This document shows, piece after piece, positions 46,201 through 54,431 of a stretch of DNA of 64,000 nt. Within the stretch, counting starts at the first letter, position 1, and the number at the start of each line of letters is the position of its first letter. Source of the stretch: an uncultured bacterium. GTDB taxonomy: Bacteria > Krumholzibacteriota > Krumholzibacteriia > JACNKJ01. Below the pieces are notes generated by a model. It made no database searches, was not told the DNA's origin, and saw only the letters and a list, made by a program, of their open reading frames with translations. A program made the translations under genes and the position numbers. The stretch is from the NCBI GenBank assembly GCA_964410395.1, contig CAYPGS010000010.1:16668-80667 (forward strand), in the 5' to 3' direction.

Positions 46201-46883
46201 CTGCCGCCCAAGGCCTGAAGACTCGCATAGCTGGCGATTTCGTTGTGGTTGTGCACGACCTGCTCGAGGCGGCGCAGGGTGAGCTCGTCGTGACGGATCA
46301 TCGCGCGATTCTCATCGAGAAGCGAAGCGTCGAACTCCGTGTAGATGCGCAGTTCGCAGCCCGTCATGTAGCTGATCTGCCCGGAGGCGGGACGATACTC
46401 CACCGGATGCAGGGCCAGATCGGCGATTCGATAGCCCCGATACATGCCGATGTTCGGATCGTCCGAGTAGCGCCCGGGGAAGGGTTCGTCGGACGCGTAG
46501 ATCCCCGCGTCGGGCAGATCCGGCGTCACCGCTCCTTCGAAGCTGAGCGGATACTGACGCTGGCCCGGTTCGAGGGTCCAGCTGCCTTCAAGGGTGATCC
46601 AGCTGTCAGGGATCACCTCCACCGAAACGATGCGCTCGCCCGGCGGCAGAAGCACGCTAGCGCCCCTGCGCGGCAGCACCGGCATACCCGGCTCGCCCAC
46701 GCTCCACGCGTCGTCCATGGTGATCTGGAAGTAGTCCTTCAGCGCCGTGATCTCCGGCGCCTGGAATTCGTAGTCGACCGTGATCATCGCCGCGCCGGCG
46801 ATTCCGGTCATGAAAAAAGCCGAAAGGATGATCGCCATAGCAAGGCGCCTTCCGGCAATGCCCCAGTGAGATTTGAGGTGCAT
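43236..46883 (-). CDS. Peptidase C25 (gingipain family) with a T9SS C-terminal sorting domain, large secreted protease (1215 aa)
   Basis: Signal peptide. Catalytic His/Cys blocks LGHCD and SQGCMCGG, and the LLVGD block. The C-terminal FPNPFNPKTTLRF…GVYDVRGRRV…SGIYFSRI…KMVMLK matches T9SS type A sorting domains. RBS GGGAGG lies 8 nt upstream. Confidence 0.85.
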   Translation of the reverse strand: MHLKSHWGIAGRRLAMAIILSAFFMTGIAGAAMITVDYEFQAPEITALKDYFQITMDDAWSVGEPGMPVLPRRGASVLLPPGERIVSVEVIPDSWITLEGSWTLEPGQRQYPLSFEGAVTPDLPDAGIYASDEPFPGRYSDDPNIGMYRGYRIADLALHPVEYRPASGQISYMTGCELRIYTEFDASLLDENRAMIRHDELTLRRLEQVVHNHNEIASYASLQALGGSRALDPADGIKYVIVTSDAYAPYLGDFVTFQTERGLKAAVFLKDWINTEYTGSDEQMRIRNFIIDAYATWGTEYVLLVGDSGPSDGIPHRGMYAVAYGTTETNLPSDLYFACLDGTWNDDGDGYWGEVGEADLYHELGVGRAAVSSPTEIQNWITKQMRYQTAPVAEECDDALMCAELLWSEPTWGGDYKDEILYGSSNHGYTTVGFPEHMNVDTLYDREGTWSASTLIAMMNNGLNIINHLGHCDYTYMMKFYNSSIPQFTNDGINHSYNFIYSQGCMCGGFDYDSISENLNNDEHCAVALVTNSRYGWGQHEGTNGSSQYFDREFYDAMFGEEIYPLSEMNNDSKEDVIWNLDYGANRWCFYELNLFGDPAMQLWTDVPANLQVTLPGVVFIGQPEMEVTVMDGGAPIVGARVCIYTDDYSVYDTAYTNGFGVAILEPGATAPADLNVKVIAHDFYEYSGMVPILPPEGPYLVFDHSLIFDENGDNDGMLDEAETVDLDICLENVGVDPTTGVVGSLSCTDPYVTILEAVQDYPDIPAGELGTCLFPFVVEVAGDVPDEHIIQFTIDMVANEGSWDATFYLTAQAPVLSTSGLTVIDLPYGDGSGNADAGETVTLRVHMANTGHSDAEDLVGVIGSYDFNVNIIDGGGACPVVPVDGEGIMTDFVVEILPGCPEPWTIDFVFNVSNGEFAADLSFELPVGGWFDDFEVDRGWTSGAPGDNAGTGLWTRVDPHGTEYNGYVVQPEDDHTPDPGVMCFVTGQGSEGGAAGENDVDGGVTTLLSPIFALHGATSAEFSYWRWYTNDLGNNPGEDWWNVDVTSDGTNWVSLESTQDSDASWTFHSFELGDYVEFTDMVQVRFVAADVGTGGSLVEAAVDDVLLSAFVPLATDAGEVLPARVELGRNFPNPFNPKTTLRFALPTSGEVDLGVYDVRGRRVATLVSGHMDAGYHELDWLGTDAAGRPVSSGIYFSRIAYDGQVLTRKMVMLK

Positions 46884-46965
46884 ACCCCTAGCCTCCCGTC
46901 CGGTGGATTCCCGCACCCCGACGCTTTCGCCGGTCCTCCGGCGAGTCGGAGTTTCAGTTTTCTGA

Positions 46966-46995
46966 ATTTTACCACATTCCGGACAGGTAGCTCAA
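46966..46995 (-). promoter_or_regulatory. Sigma70-type promoter (TTGAGC, 18-nt spacer, TAAAAT) for C25 peptidase 43236..46883
   Basis: Minus sense reads TTGAGCtacctgtccggaatgtggTAAAAT, about 90 nt upstream of the start. Confidence 0.45.
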
Positions 46996-47168
46996 GAATA
47001 GAGGGCTCGTGGCCTCCTCTCGCGGTTCCCGCTCGCAGACTCGCAAGGGGCGCTCGCGGCCTTTCCTCGCGTTCCCGTTCGGCGGCTCGGGATTCATGAG
47101 CTTGCTACACTCGTGGGCCGCCTCACAAGTCACGCCCGGAAAGCCGCTTCGCTTCACTGAAAGGGAAC

Positions 47169-47238
47169 GGGGGAGGCAGAGCGCCTCCCCCGAACGATTT
47201 GCGAAGCTCTAGTGAGGGGAAGGGGGTCTCCCTTCCCC
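47169..47238 (-). terminator. Tandem terminator hairpins after C25 peptidase 47244..50780
   Basis: GGGGAAGGG-agaccc-CCTTCCCC lies immediately after the stop, then GGGGGAGG-cgctctg-CCTCCCCC. Confidence 0.6.
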
Positions 47239-47243
47239 GGACA

Positions 47244-50200
47244 CTATTTGAGCATAATCATCTTCTGGGTCAGCACCTGGCCGCCGTTGGCGAGGCGGCT
47301 GAAGTACACGCCGCTGGCCACGGACTTGCCGGCCTCATCGGTACCGTTCCAGATCAACTCGTAACGTCCCGCGTCCATCACGCCCGAGGCGATGGTCGCC
47401 ACTCGGCGTCCACGCACGTCGAAGACCGCCAGATCGACCTCACCCTTTTCGGGCAGGGCGAAGCTGATGGTCGTCTTCGGGTTGAAGGGATTCGGGAAGT
47501 TCGCGCCGAGCGCCAGTCGAGCGGGCACCGCGTCCTCCGTGTCGGTCTGGATGGACCAGCTCGCGCGCAGGAAGACGTCGTCCACGCCGGCCTCCACCAG
47601 CGAACCGTTGATCTCGTCGGAGGCCACGAAGCGCACTTGGACGTTGTCGGTGAGCGTGATGTAGTCGGTGAGCTGGAAGCTCATCTCGGTCCACACGTTG
47701 GCCGACACGTTGGTGTGCTCGAGGCTCACCCAGGTCACGCCGTCGTTGGTGACGTCCACGTCCCAGTAGTCCTCGCCGGGGTTGTTACCCAGGTCGTTGG
47801 TGTACCAGCGCCAGTAACTGAACTCGGCGCTGTCGGCGCCGTCCAGATGGAAGACGGGGCTCAGCAGCGTGGTCTTGCCGCCGTCCACGTCGTTCTCGCC
47901 GGCCGTGCCGCCCAGGGATCCCTGGCCGGTGACGTAGGCGTTCACGCCGGGCGCCGGAGTGTGGTCGTCCTCGGGCGCGCACTGGCCGCCGCCGTACTCG
48001 GTGCCGATGGGATCGACGCGCGTCCAGATGCCGCTGCCGGCGTCATCGCCCGTGTAGCCCACGGTCCAGCCGCGGTCCACTTCCATGTCGTCGAACCAGC
48101 CGCCCACGGGCAGCTCGTAGATGAGCAGCTCGGAGAATCCCGAAGGACCTTCCACGAGCAACTCGAGCGCTATGCTCGAAGGCTCGGGGCATCCGGGCAA
48201 GATCTCCAGCTCGAAGTCTGCCATGAGGGCCTCGCCGCCCATGGGCACATCGGCGCAATCGCCATGAGCGTCCAAAACATTCACGTTGATGTCGCTGCAG
48301 CTCAGGGTGCCCGCGAGAGGCGCGCAGTCCGAGCTGCCAGTGTTCCCGACCATCATGCGCAGGGTGATCGTCTCGCCCGCGTCGGCTGTGCCGCTGCCGT
48401 CACCGTAGGGCAGATCGATCACGGTGAGTCCACCGCCGCCGAGCACCGGAGCCTGGGCCGTGAGCGCGAAGTTCGCGTCCCAGATGCCGTCGTCGGAGTG
48501 AGCTTCAACCGCGAACTGCACAAGATGACCGTCGGGGATGGTGCCGGCGACCTCGAGCTCGAAGGGCTCGATGTTGCTGCCGAAACCGCCCGCCGGAATG
48601 TCAGGATAGTTCTGCCCACCGGCCGTGATGGTCACGTAGGGATCGTCGCAGGTGAGGTAGGCGTACACGTTGGTGGTTGCGTCCACACCCACGTTCTCCA
48701 GGGTCACGGTCATGCCCACGGTCTCGCCCTCGTCGAGTTCGCCGTCGGCGTCGCCGCCGCCGTCAAGAACGATGCAGTTCTCGAAGACCAGATAAGGACC
48801 GCTGGGCGGCAGCACTTCCACCGCCTCCTGGGCCGTCACCTTGTTGTAGGCCGTCACCGTGAGGGTCAGGCTCATGGGCGCGTCCGGAGGCTCGGCCATG
48901 GAGATGCTCGCCATGCCGCCCGCGTTGGTCAGAGCCGCGCCGTAGAGCACGCCGTCCCCGTAGAGAGCGCAGAGAGCGCCTTCGAGCCCGGGAATCGAGA
49001 CTTCGTACTCGCTCATGCCGATGAAGAGCGCGCCGGAGTGGTTCAGGGCCATGACCTCGGGCTGCTTCGTGCGTACCGCGATGGAAGGATCGCCGAAGAT
49101 GGTCCAGTTCTCGAACTCGTTGATGCCGCTGCTGCCGTACTCGTCCATCATCTGGCAGGAACCGTTGAACCAGAGACCGCCGATGGTGCGCATCTGGTCC
49201 TCGACCAGAAGGTCGATGGCCTCGTCCTGTCCGCACATGGGCGGATTCCAGCTCTGGCTGATGTAGGACATGTAGCTGGCGATGGCGCCCGTGGGCACGC
49301 CGTTGTTGGTCGCCCGCTGCCAGGCCTCGGCGTAGCAGGTTGTCGAGGTGAAGGTGCCGTTGTTGCAGGCCACGCTGACGATGAAGGGCAGCATGTTGTC
49401 GTTCACCAGGGCGTTCACATGGGAGTTCGAGAAGCCGGTGGTCGACCAGGAAGTGGTGCTTCCGTGGCCCGTGTAGTTTACGATTCCGCGGCCTTCGTTG
49501 AGGCCGGCCGAGACCTGGGCCGCCGTGCCGGTGGGCTGATAGATCTGGTCCACGCCGAGATAGCCGTAGGCCAGAAGCTTGCCGCGGATCACGTCGGAGT
49601 GCTCGTCGTCGTACTCGCCGTCGTCACCGGGCCCCTCGTTGGAGGCCACTCCCATTCCGTACTGCATCCAGCTTTCGGACGCGGTCACGTCGCGCTCGTA
49701 GTGGATGGTTCTTTCGACCTGCGTATCCACCTGCGTGGCGTTCTCGGCGGAGAAGCGACCGACGAAGATGTCAGGATAGCTGTCGCCGCCGGCCAGCAGC
49801 GAGTACATGGGATCGGATCCGCCGCTGGGAATCGGAATCTGGGGACCGTCGCCCACCAGCAGCACGTAACCGAGATCGCCCGTGTCGTACTCGTTCTGGA
49901 TGTAGGCCTTGATCTGGGTGGCGGTGGTGCCGGTTTCGCTGGTGCTCACCAGCTTGGTGTCGAGGCCCTTCTGCATCTTCCACTCCACCAGGGGCAGCAT
50001 GTTCGCGTAGAAGGCGTCGTAGGCCACGATGAGCAGGCTGCCGTCCTCGAGCACCGGAGTGTAGCGATCGCCGGTGCCGAAGTTCAGGAAGTGGCGGGAA
50101 TAGATCTCGGCGAACTGGGGATCCAGCTTCTCGGGAGCCGCGAACCGGTCGAGCACGTTGATGTCCCCCGCGCCCACGGGCTTCACTTCGAGCACCATGC

Positions 50201-50780
50201 GCTTGTGCACGCGCAGAGTTTCGCTGGCAGGCAGGTACTGGAAGACGTTGGCGTCCACGATCACGCCGCGGTAATCGCGAAGGATGTGCGGCGCTTCCAG
50301 ATCCACCGGCGAAACCGGCCAGGCCTCATCGCTCTGATAGACATCGCCGAATTCGTAGGGAACCGTGGCGGGATCCACCGAGCGAAGCAGGTTGCCCTTG
50401 GACGGCATCACCGGCATGTAGGGCAGGTCCACGGATTCGACCTCGAGCAGGCTTACCGCCACCTTGCTGTCGTCGGGAATGATCACCGCGCGACGCACGT
50501 CGGGCAGCGAGGGATAGCCGGCCGCGAGATCAACGCTCTCGCCGGCCAGTCCGATGGAGAAATAGGTCTCACCCCCGATGAGAACAGGCTCGGCGTCGAA
50601 GCCTCCCACCGTGATTTCATATACGGTCCGCTGGCCATCCGATTCGATCAGACGCACGTTGAAATCGTCGCCGCCCAGATCGATCCACATGGCGCTCGCC
50701 GGGAAGGCGAGACCAACCAGCAGAATCATGCCCAAGAGGCCGGAAAGGAAACGGGGCCTCCGACTTACGAGACGTTCCAT
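47244..50780 (-). CDS. Peptidase C25 (gingipain family) with a T9SS C-terminal sorting domain (1178 aa)
   Basis: Blocks YTGHGS and VACNNG (catalytic His and Cys) and YVLLVGDG. The C-terminal FPNPFNPKTTISF…VFDVRGRRV…GVYFSRL…KMIMLK. RBS GGAGG lies 7 nt upstream. Signal peptide MERLVSRRPRFLSGLLGMILLVGLAFPASA. Confidence 0.85.
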   Translation of the reverse strand: MERLVSRRPRFLSGLLGMILLVGLAFPASAMWIDLGGDDFNVRLIESDGQRTVYEITVGGFDAEPVLIGGETYFSIGLAGESVDLAAGYPSLPDVRRAVIIPDDSKVAVSLLEVESVDLPYMPVMPSKGNLLRSVDPATVPYEFGDVYQSDEAWPVSPVDLEAPHILRDYRGVIVDANVFQYLPASETLRVHKRMVLEVKPVGAGDINVLDRFAAPEKLDPQFAEIYSRHFLNFGTGDRYTPVLEDGSLLIVAYDAFYANMLPLVEWKMQKGLDTKLVSTSETGTTATQIKAYIQNEYDTGDLGYVLLVGDGPQIPIPSGGSDPMYSLLAGGDSYPDIFVGRFSAENATQVDTQVERTIHYERDVTASESWMQYGMGVASNEGPGDDGEYDDEHSDVIRGKLLAYGYLGVDQIYQPTGTAAQVSAGLNEGRGIVNYTGHGSTTSWSTTGFSNSHVNALVNDNMLPFIVSVACNNGTFTSTTCYAEAWQRATNNGVPTGAIASYMSYISQSWNPPMCGQDEAIDLLVEDQMRTIGGLWFNGSCQMMDEYGSSGINEFENWTIFGDPSIAVRTKQPEVMALNHSGALFIGMSEYEVSIPGLEGALCALYGDGVLYGAALTNAGGMASISMAEPPDAPMSLTLTVTAYNKVTAQEAVEVLPPSGPYLVFENCIVLDGGGDADGELDEGETVGMTVTLENVGVDATTNVYAYLTCDDPYVTITAGGQNYPDIPAGGFGSNIEPFELEVAGTIPDGHLVQFAVEAHSDDGIWDANFALTAQAPVLGGGGLTVIDLPYGDGSGTADAGETITLRMMVGNTGSSDCAPLAGTLSCSDINVNVLDAHGDCADVPMGGEALMADFELEILPGCPEPSSIALELLVEGPSGFSELLIYELPVGGWFDDMEVDRGWTVGYTGDDAGSGIWTRVDPIGTEYGGGQCAPEDDHTPAPGVNAYVTGQGSLGGTAGENDVDGGKTTLLSPVFHLDGADSAEFSYWRWYTNDLGNNPGEDYWDVDVTNDGVTWVSLEHTNVSANVWTEMSFQLTDYITLTDNVQVRFVASDEINGSLVEAGVDDVFLRASWSIQTDTEDAVPARLALGANFPNPFNPKTTISFALPEKGEVDLAVFDVRGRRVATIASGVMDAGRYELIWNGTDEAGKSVASGVYFSRLANGGQVLTQKMIMLK

Positions 50781-50833
50781 GGGGAACCTCCATCCTTGAT
50801 TGTCACCCTGAGGAATGGGAATTTCGCAGGACA

Positions 50834-50936
50834 ATTCTACCATTCGAGGCCTCTAATTCCAAAAAGAATCGGGATTTGCGGTCTTTCCGGGCCCCATCCT
50901 AAGCCGTTGTTCTCAAGGCATCTGCCGTGTTAAAAT
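50834..50936. promoter_or_regulatory. Back-to-back divergent sigma70-type promoters: minus-strand TTGGAA, 17-nt spacer, TAGAAT (50834-50862) and plus-strand TTGTTC, 18-nt spacer, TAAAAT (50907-50936)
   Basis: Both promoters lie within the 210-bp divergent intergenic region between two C25 peptidase genes. Confidence 0.45.
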
Positions 50937-50990
50937 GGGTTTGCGACCTCTCAACCCGATACTCGGGATCCTGCACCCACAAGGGGGATC

Positions 50991-53900
50991 ATGAAACGTC
51001 TGACTCTCGCCGGGCTCCTCTGCGCACTCCTTGCGTTGCCGGCCATCTCAGCCGACGTCCAGCTGGCAGCCGGCCAGGACGCGTGGAATCTGACGGTGCT
51101 GGACGCGAGCACCGACCTGACGCGTCTCCAACTCAATCTGGGCAGCTTCCAGACCGATGAGCTCAATATCGACGGTGCCCCATGGACCGCCATCGCGCTG
51201 GATGACCTGGCCCTCCACCACCGGCGCGGACTACCGGCCCTACCCACGGTGCGCCGCTCCGTCGTCATTCCCGACGATGCGGCCATGCGGGTGAACCTGC
51301 TGGATGCCAGCTACCGGGACTTCCCGAACATGGACATCGCGCCTTCGAAGGGAACCATCAGCCGCATGATGGATCCCGAGATGGTCAGCTTCGTGTTCGA
51401 CCGATTCTACGAGACCGACGCCTGGTTCCCCGGCGAGGTCGCGGTGCTGGACGAGCCCTACATCATGCGCGACCTGCGCGGCATGGTCGTGGAGCTGAAT
51501 CCCTTCCAGTACAATCCGGCCACGCGGACCCTGCGGGTCTACACCGAACTGGTCGTCGAGGTGGTGACCGACGGCGAGGGTTTCGTGAACCGGCTGGAGT
51601 CGCGTCCGGAAGTTCTGGACTCGGAATTCGCCAAGATCTATTCGAGCCACTTCCTGAACTACGACCTGCTACAGGATCGCTATGTGAGCATCCCCGAGAT
51701 CGGGCCCATGCTGGTGATCAGCTACGGACCCTTCATGGGCGCCATGCAGCCCTTCGTGGACTGGAAGAATCAGATGGGCGTGCCCACGACCATGCTGGAC
51801 GTGGCCTCCATCGGTGCCACCGGCAACCAGATCAAGGACTACATCCAGGGCGTCTACGACAGCGAGCCACTGACCTTCGTGCTGCTCGTCGGCGATGCGA
51901 CCCAGGTACCCTACTTCAACAACGGCGGCGCCTCGGATCCGTCCTACGGATTCCTGGCGGGCGACGATTCCTATCCCGAGATCTTCGTGGGACGCTTCTC
52001 CGCCGAGAACACCTCCCAGGTGGACACTCAGGTTCTGCGCAGCATCGAGTACGAGCGTGATCCTCAGGCCGGGGCAGCCTGGTACCACCAGGGCATGGGC
52101 ATAGCCTCGGCCGAGGGCGCGGGCATCGGCGACGACGGCGAGGCCGACTGGGAGCACATGGACGTCATCCGCAGCAAGCTCCTGGACTTCACCTACACCC
52201 TGGTGGATCAGATCTACGACACCAACGGCGGCAACGCCGGCCATGTGAGCAGCGGCCTGAACGAGGGCCGCAGTATCATCAACTACTGCGGACACGGATG
52301 GCAGCAGGGCTGGAGCACCACCGGCTTCGACAACAACAACGTGAACGCCCTGGTCAACGACAACATGCTGCCCTTCATCAACAGCGTGGCCTGCAACACC
52401 GGCGAGTTCCAGAGCGGAACCTGCTTCGGCGAGGCCTGGATGCGCGCCACCAACGCCGGCGAGCCCTCGGGCGCAATCGGGTTCTACGGCTCCACCATCA
52501 GCATGAGCTGGGCTCCGCCCATGAGCTCCCAGGACGAGACCATCGACCTGCTCGTGGCCGGCGAGAAGCGCACCTTCGGCGCGCTCTGCTTCAACGGCTC
52601 CTGCCTCATGATCGACGAGTATGGCTCCGAAGGCATCAACGAGATGAAGTTCTGGACCATCTTCGGCGATCCCAGCCTGCGGATCCGTACGGATACGCCG
52701 GCTCCGGTCTACGTGGACCACTTCTCCACGGTGGATCCTCTGATGGACTACTTCACCGTGAACACCGACCCCGGAAACCTCGCGGCCATCAGTTTCGAGA
52801 GCGAGTACATCGGCTCGGCCTTCGCCGACGCCGGCGGCGTGGCCCAGGTCTACTTCGAAAACGACCTGCCCACGCCGGGCAATGAGATCACGCTCACGGT
52901 CACGGGCTTCAACCGCGAAACCCATGTGGGCCAGATCCTCGTGGGCGACGGCCTCCTGCCCACCTGCGAGGTCTCGCCGTCCTTCTTCAACAAGGTGCTG
53001 CAGCAGGGCGAGGTTCAGACCGACTACCTGTCCATCGGCAACTACGGCGAAGAGGGTTCGACCCTGTACTACTCCATCAGCATGGAGGATCCGAACTTCC
53101 CCCGCGAGGCCGGCCGCGACATGACCGGATCCTACGCCTGGACCGAGCCTTCGGCGGTCTATCCCGGCAGCACCCTGAACCTGGACCTCTTCGTCTACAA
53201 CGGCAGTCCCGACGTGGAGTGGATCTCCGGATTCGACATGCAGTTGCCCGCGGGCGTGGTTCTCAACAGCGCCTCGGACATCATGGGCGGCGGCGCGGGC
53301 AACCTCGTGTACTCGGGTGAGACCGGCGACGGAGCTTTCTGCGAGTGGACCGACCCGGACGGCGGCTGGGGACAGATCTATGACGGCGAGACCGGCCAGG
53401 CCGTGATCAACCTGACCTTCGCCAGCATGGGCGATCAGGTGGTCATCCCCTACACCATCTACGGCGACATCTGGGGAAGCGACCCGCATCAGGTGAGCGG
53501 CGAGATCGTCATCAGCACCCTCGGACCCAACGTGACGGTGCTCTCGCCCAACGGTGGCGAGATGATGGCCATCGGTTCGATGATGGACATCCAGTGGGTG
53601 GCCGGTGGCGGTCCCGAGAACGTGATGATCGAACTGAGCCGCACGGGCATCGGCGGCTGGGAGACCCTGGCAGCTTCGGTGCCCGCCGACCTGGGTCACT
53701 TCGGCTGGATGGTCGACGGTGAAATCAGCTCCAACTGCCGCGTCAAGATCTGCGACGTCGACGACCTCGCGATCACAGACACCAGCGACGGAGCCTTCAC
53801 CATCTATCGCCCGATGACCTGGGTGCAGATGGCGACCACTTCCGGCGCGGTGCCCGAGGGCCAGACCGAGATGCTCGAAATCGTCTTCGACGCCACGGGT

Positions 53901-54296
53901 CTTCCCGAGGGCAGCTACGAGACCATCCTGACCATCAGCAGCAATGCCGGTGATCCGGTGGTGGTGCCCATCAGCATCGAGGTCTTCTTCGATCCCACCG
54001 ACGCCGAAGAGACGCCGGCGAAGTTCGCGCTGGGCAGGAACCATCCCAACCCCTTCAACCCGAAGACCAGCATCGCCTTCTCGCTCAGCCAGAGCGGGAA
54101 TGCGAAGCTGACGGTCTTCGACGTGCAGGGACGCGCCGTGAGGACCCTCGCCGAGGGCTTCATGACCGCCGGCGAGCATCTCGCCGAATGGGACGGCCGC
54201 GACGGCAAGGGCCGTCAGCTTTCCTCCGGGCTCTACTTCTACAAGCTCGAGGCGGAGGATCAGGTTCGCACCGAGAAGATGTTGATGCTCAAGTAG
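50991..54296 (+). CDS. Peptidase C25 (gingipain family) with a T9SS C-terminal sorting domain (1101 aa)
   Basis: Signal peptide MKRLTLAGLLCALLALPAISA. Blocks NYCGHGWQQG and SVACNTGEF and FVLLVGDA. The C-terminal HPNPFNPKTSIAF…VFDVQGRAV…GLYFYKL…KMLMLK. Confidence 0.85.
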   Translation: MKRLTLAGLLCALLALPAISADVQLAAGQDAWNLTVLDASTDLTRLQLNLGSFQTDELNIDGAPWTAIALDDLALHHRRGLPALPTVRRSVVIPDDAAMRVNLLDASYRDFPNMDIAPSKGTISRMMDPEMVSFVFDRFYETDAWFPGEVAVLDEPYIMRDLRGMVVELNPFQYNPATRTLRVYTELVVEVVTDGEGFVNRLESRPEVLDSEFAKIYSSHFLNYDLLQDRYVSIPEIGPMLVISYGPFMGAMQPFVDWKNQMGVPTTMLDVASIGATGNQIKDYIQGVYDSEPLTFVLLVGDATQVPYFNNGGASDPSYGFLAGDDSYPEIFVGRFSAENTSQVDTQVLRSIEYERDPQAGAAWYHQGMGIASAEGAGIGDDGEADWEHMDVIRSKLLDFTYTLVDQIYDTNGGNAGHVSSGLNEGRSIINYCGHGWQQGWSTTGFDNNNVNALVNDNMLPFINSVACNTGEFQSGTCFGEAWMRATNAGEPSGAIGFYGSTISMSWAPPMSSQDETIDLLVAGEKRTFGALCFNGSCLMIDEYGSEGINEMKFWTIFGDPSLRIRTDTPAPVYVDHFSTVDPLMDYFTVNTDPGNLAAISFESEYIGSAFADAGGVAQVYFENDLPTPGNEITLTVTGFNRETHVGQILVGDGLLPTCEVSPSFFNKVLQQGEVQTDYLSIGNYGEEGSTLYYSISMEDPNFPREAGRDMTGSYAWTEPSAVYPGSTLNLDLFVYNGSPDVEWISGFDMQLPAGVVLNSASDIMGGGAGNLVYSGETGDGAFCEWTDPDGGWGQIYDGETGQAVINLTFASMGDQVVIPYTIYGDIWGSDPHQVSGEIVISTLGPNVTVLSPNGGEMMAIGSMMDIQWVAGGGPENVMIELSRTGIGGWETLAASVPADLGHFGWMVDGEISSNCRVKICDVDDLAITDTSDGAFTIYRPMTWVQMATTSGAVPEGQTEMLEIVFDATGLPEGSYETILTISSNAGDPVVVPISIEVFFDPTDAEETPAKFALGRNHPNPFNPKTSIAFSLSQSGNAKLTVFDVQGRAVRTLAEGFMTAGEHLAEWDGRDGKGRQLSSGLYFYKLEAEDQVRTEKMLMLK

Positions 54297-54317
54297 AACT
54301 TGAACCTGAACTTCAAC

Positions 54318-54349
54318 TCCCCTCCCCCCTCCGGGGGAGGGGTTTTTTC
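54318..54349 (+). terminator. Rho-independent terminator
   Basis: CCCCTCCCC-cctccg-GGGGAGGGG followed by TTTTTT. Confidence 0.75.
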
Positions 54350-54431
54350 GGCCCATGCGTTGTGGATTTGCATCATTTGTGGCAAGATCGCTAAGTTCCC
54401 CGCCTGACATTCCCTCTCATCGGAGATTCCC

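Noticed and set aside
43677-50933. Very long plus-strand ORFs 43677..45557 (626 aa), 45798..47099 (433 aa) and 47199..50933 (1244 aa), plus 51669..54410 minus (913 aa) and 55161..56165 minus
   Set aside because: Exact antisense partners of the C25 peptidase and acyl-CoA ligase genes. The sense strands carry catalytic and T9SS sorting-domain motifs, while these ORFs are Val/Gly/Asp/His-rich without domains.
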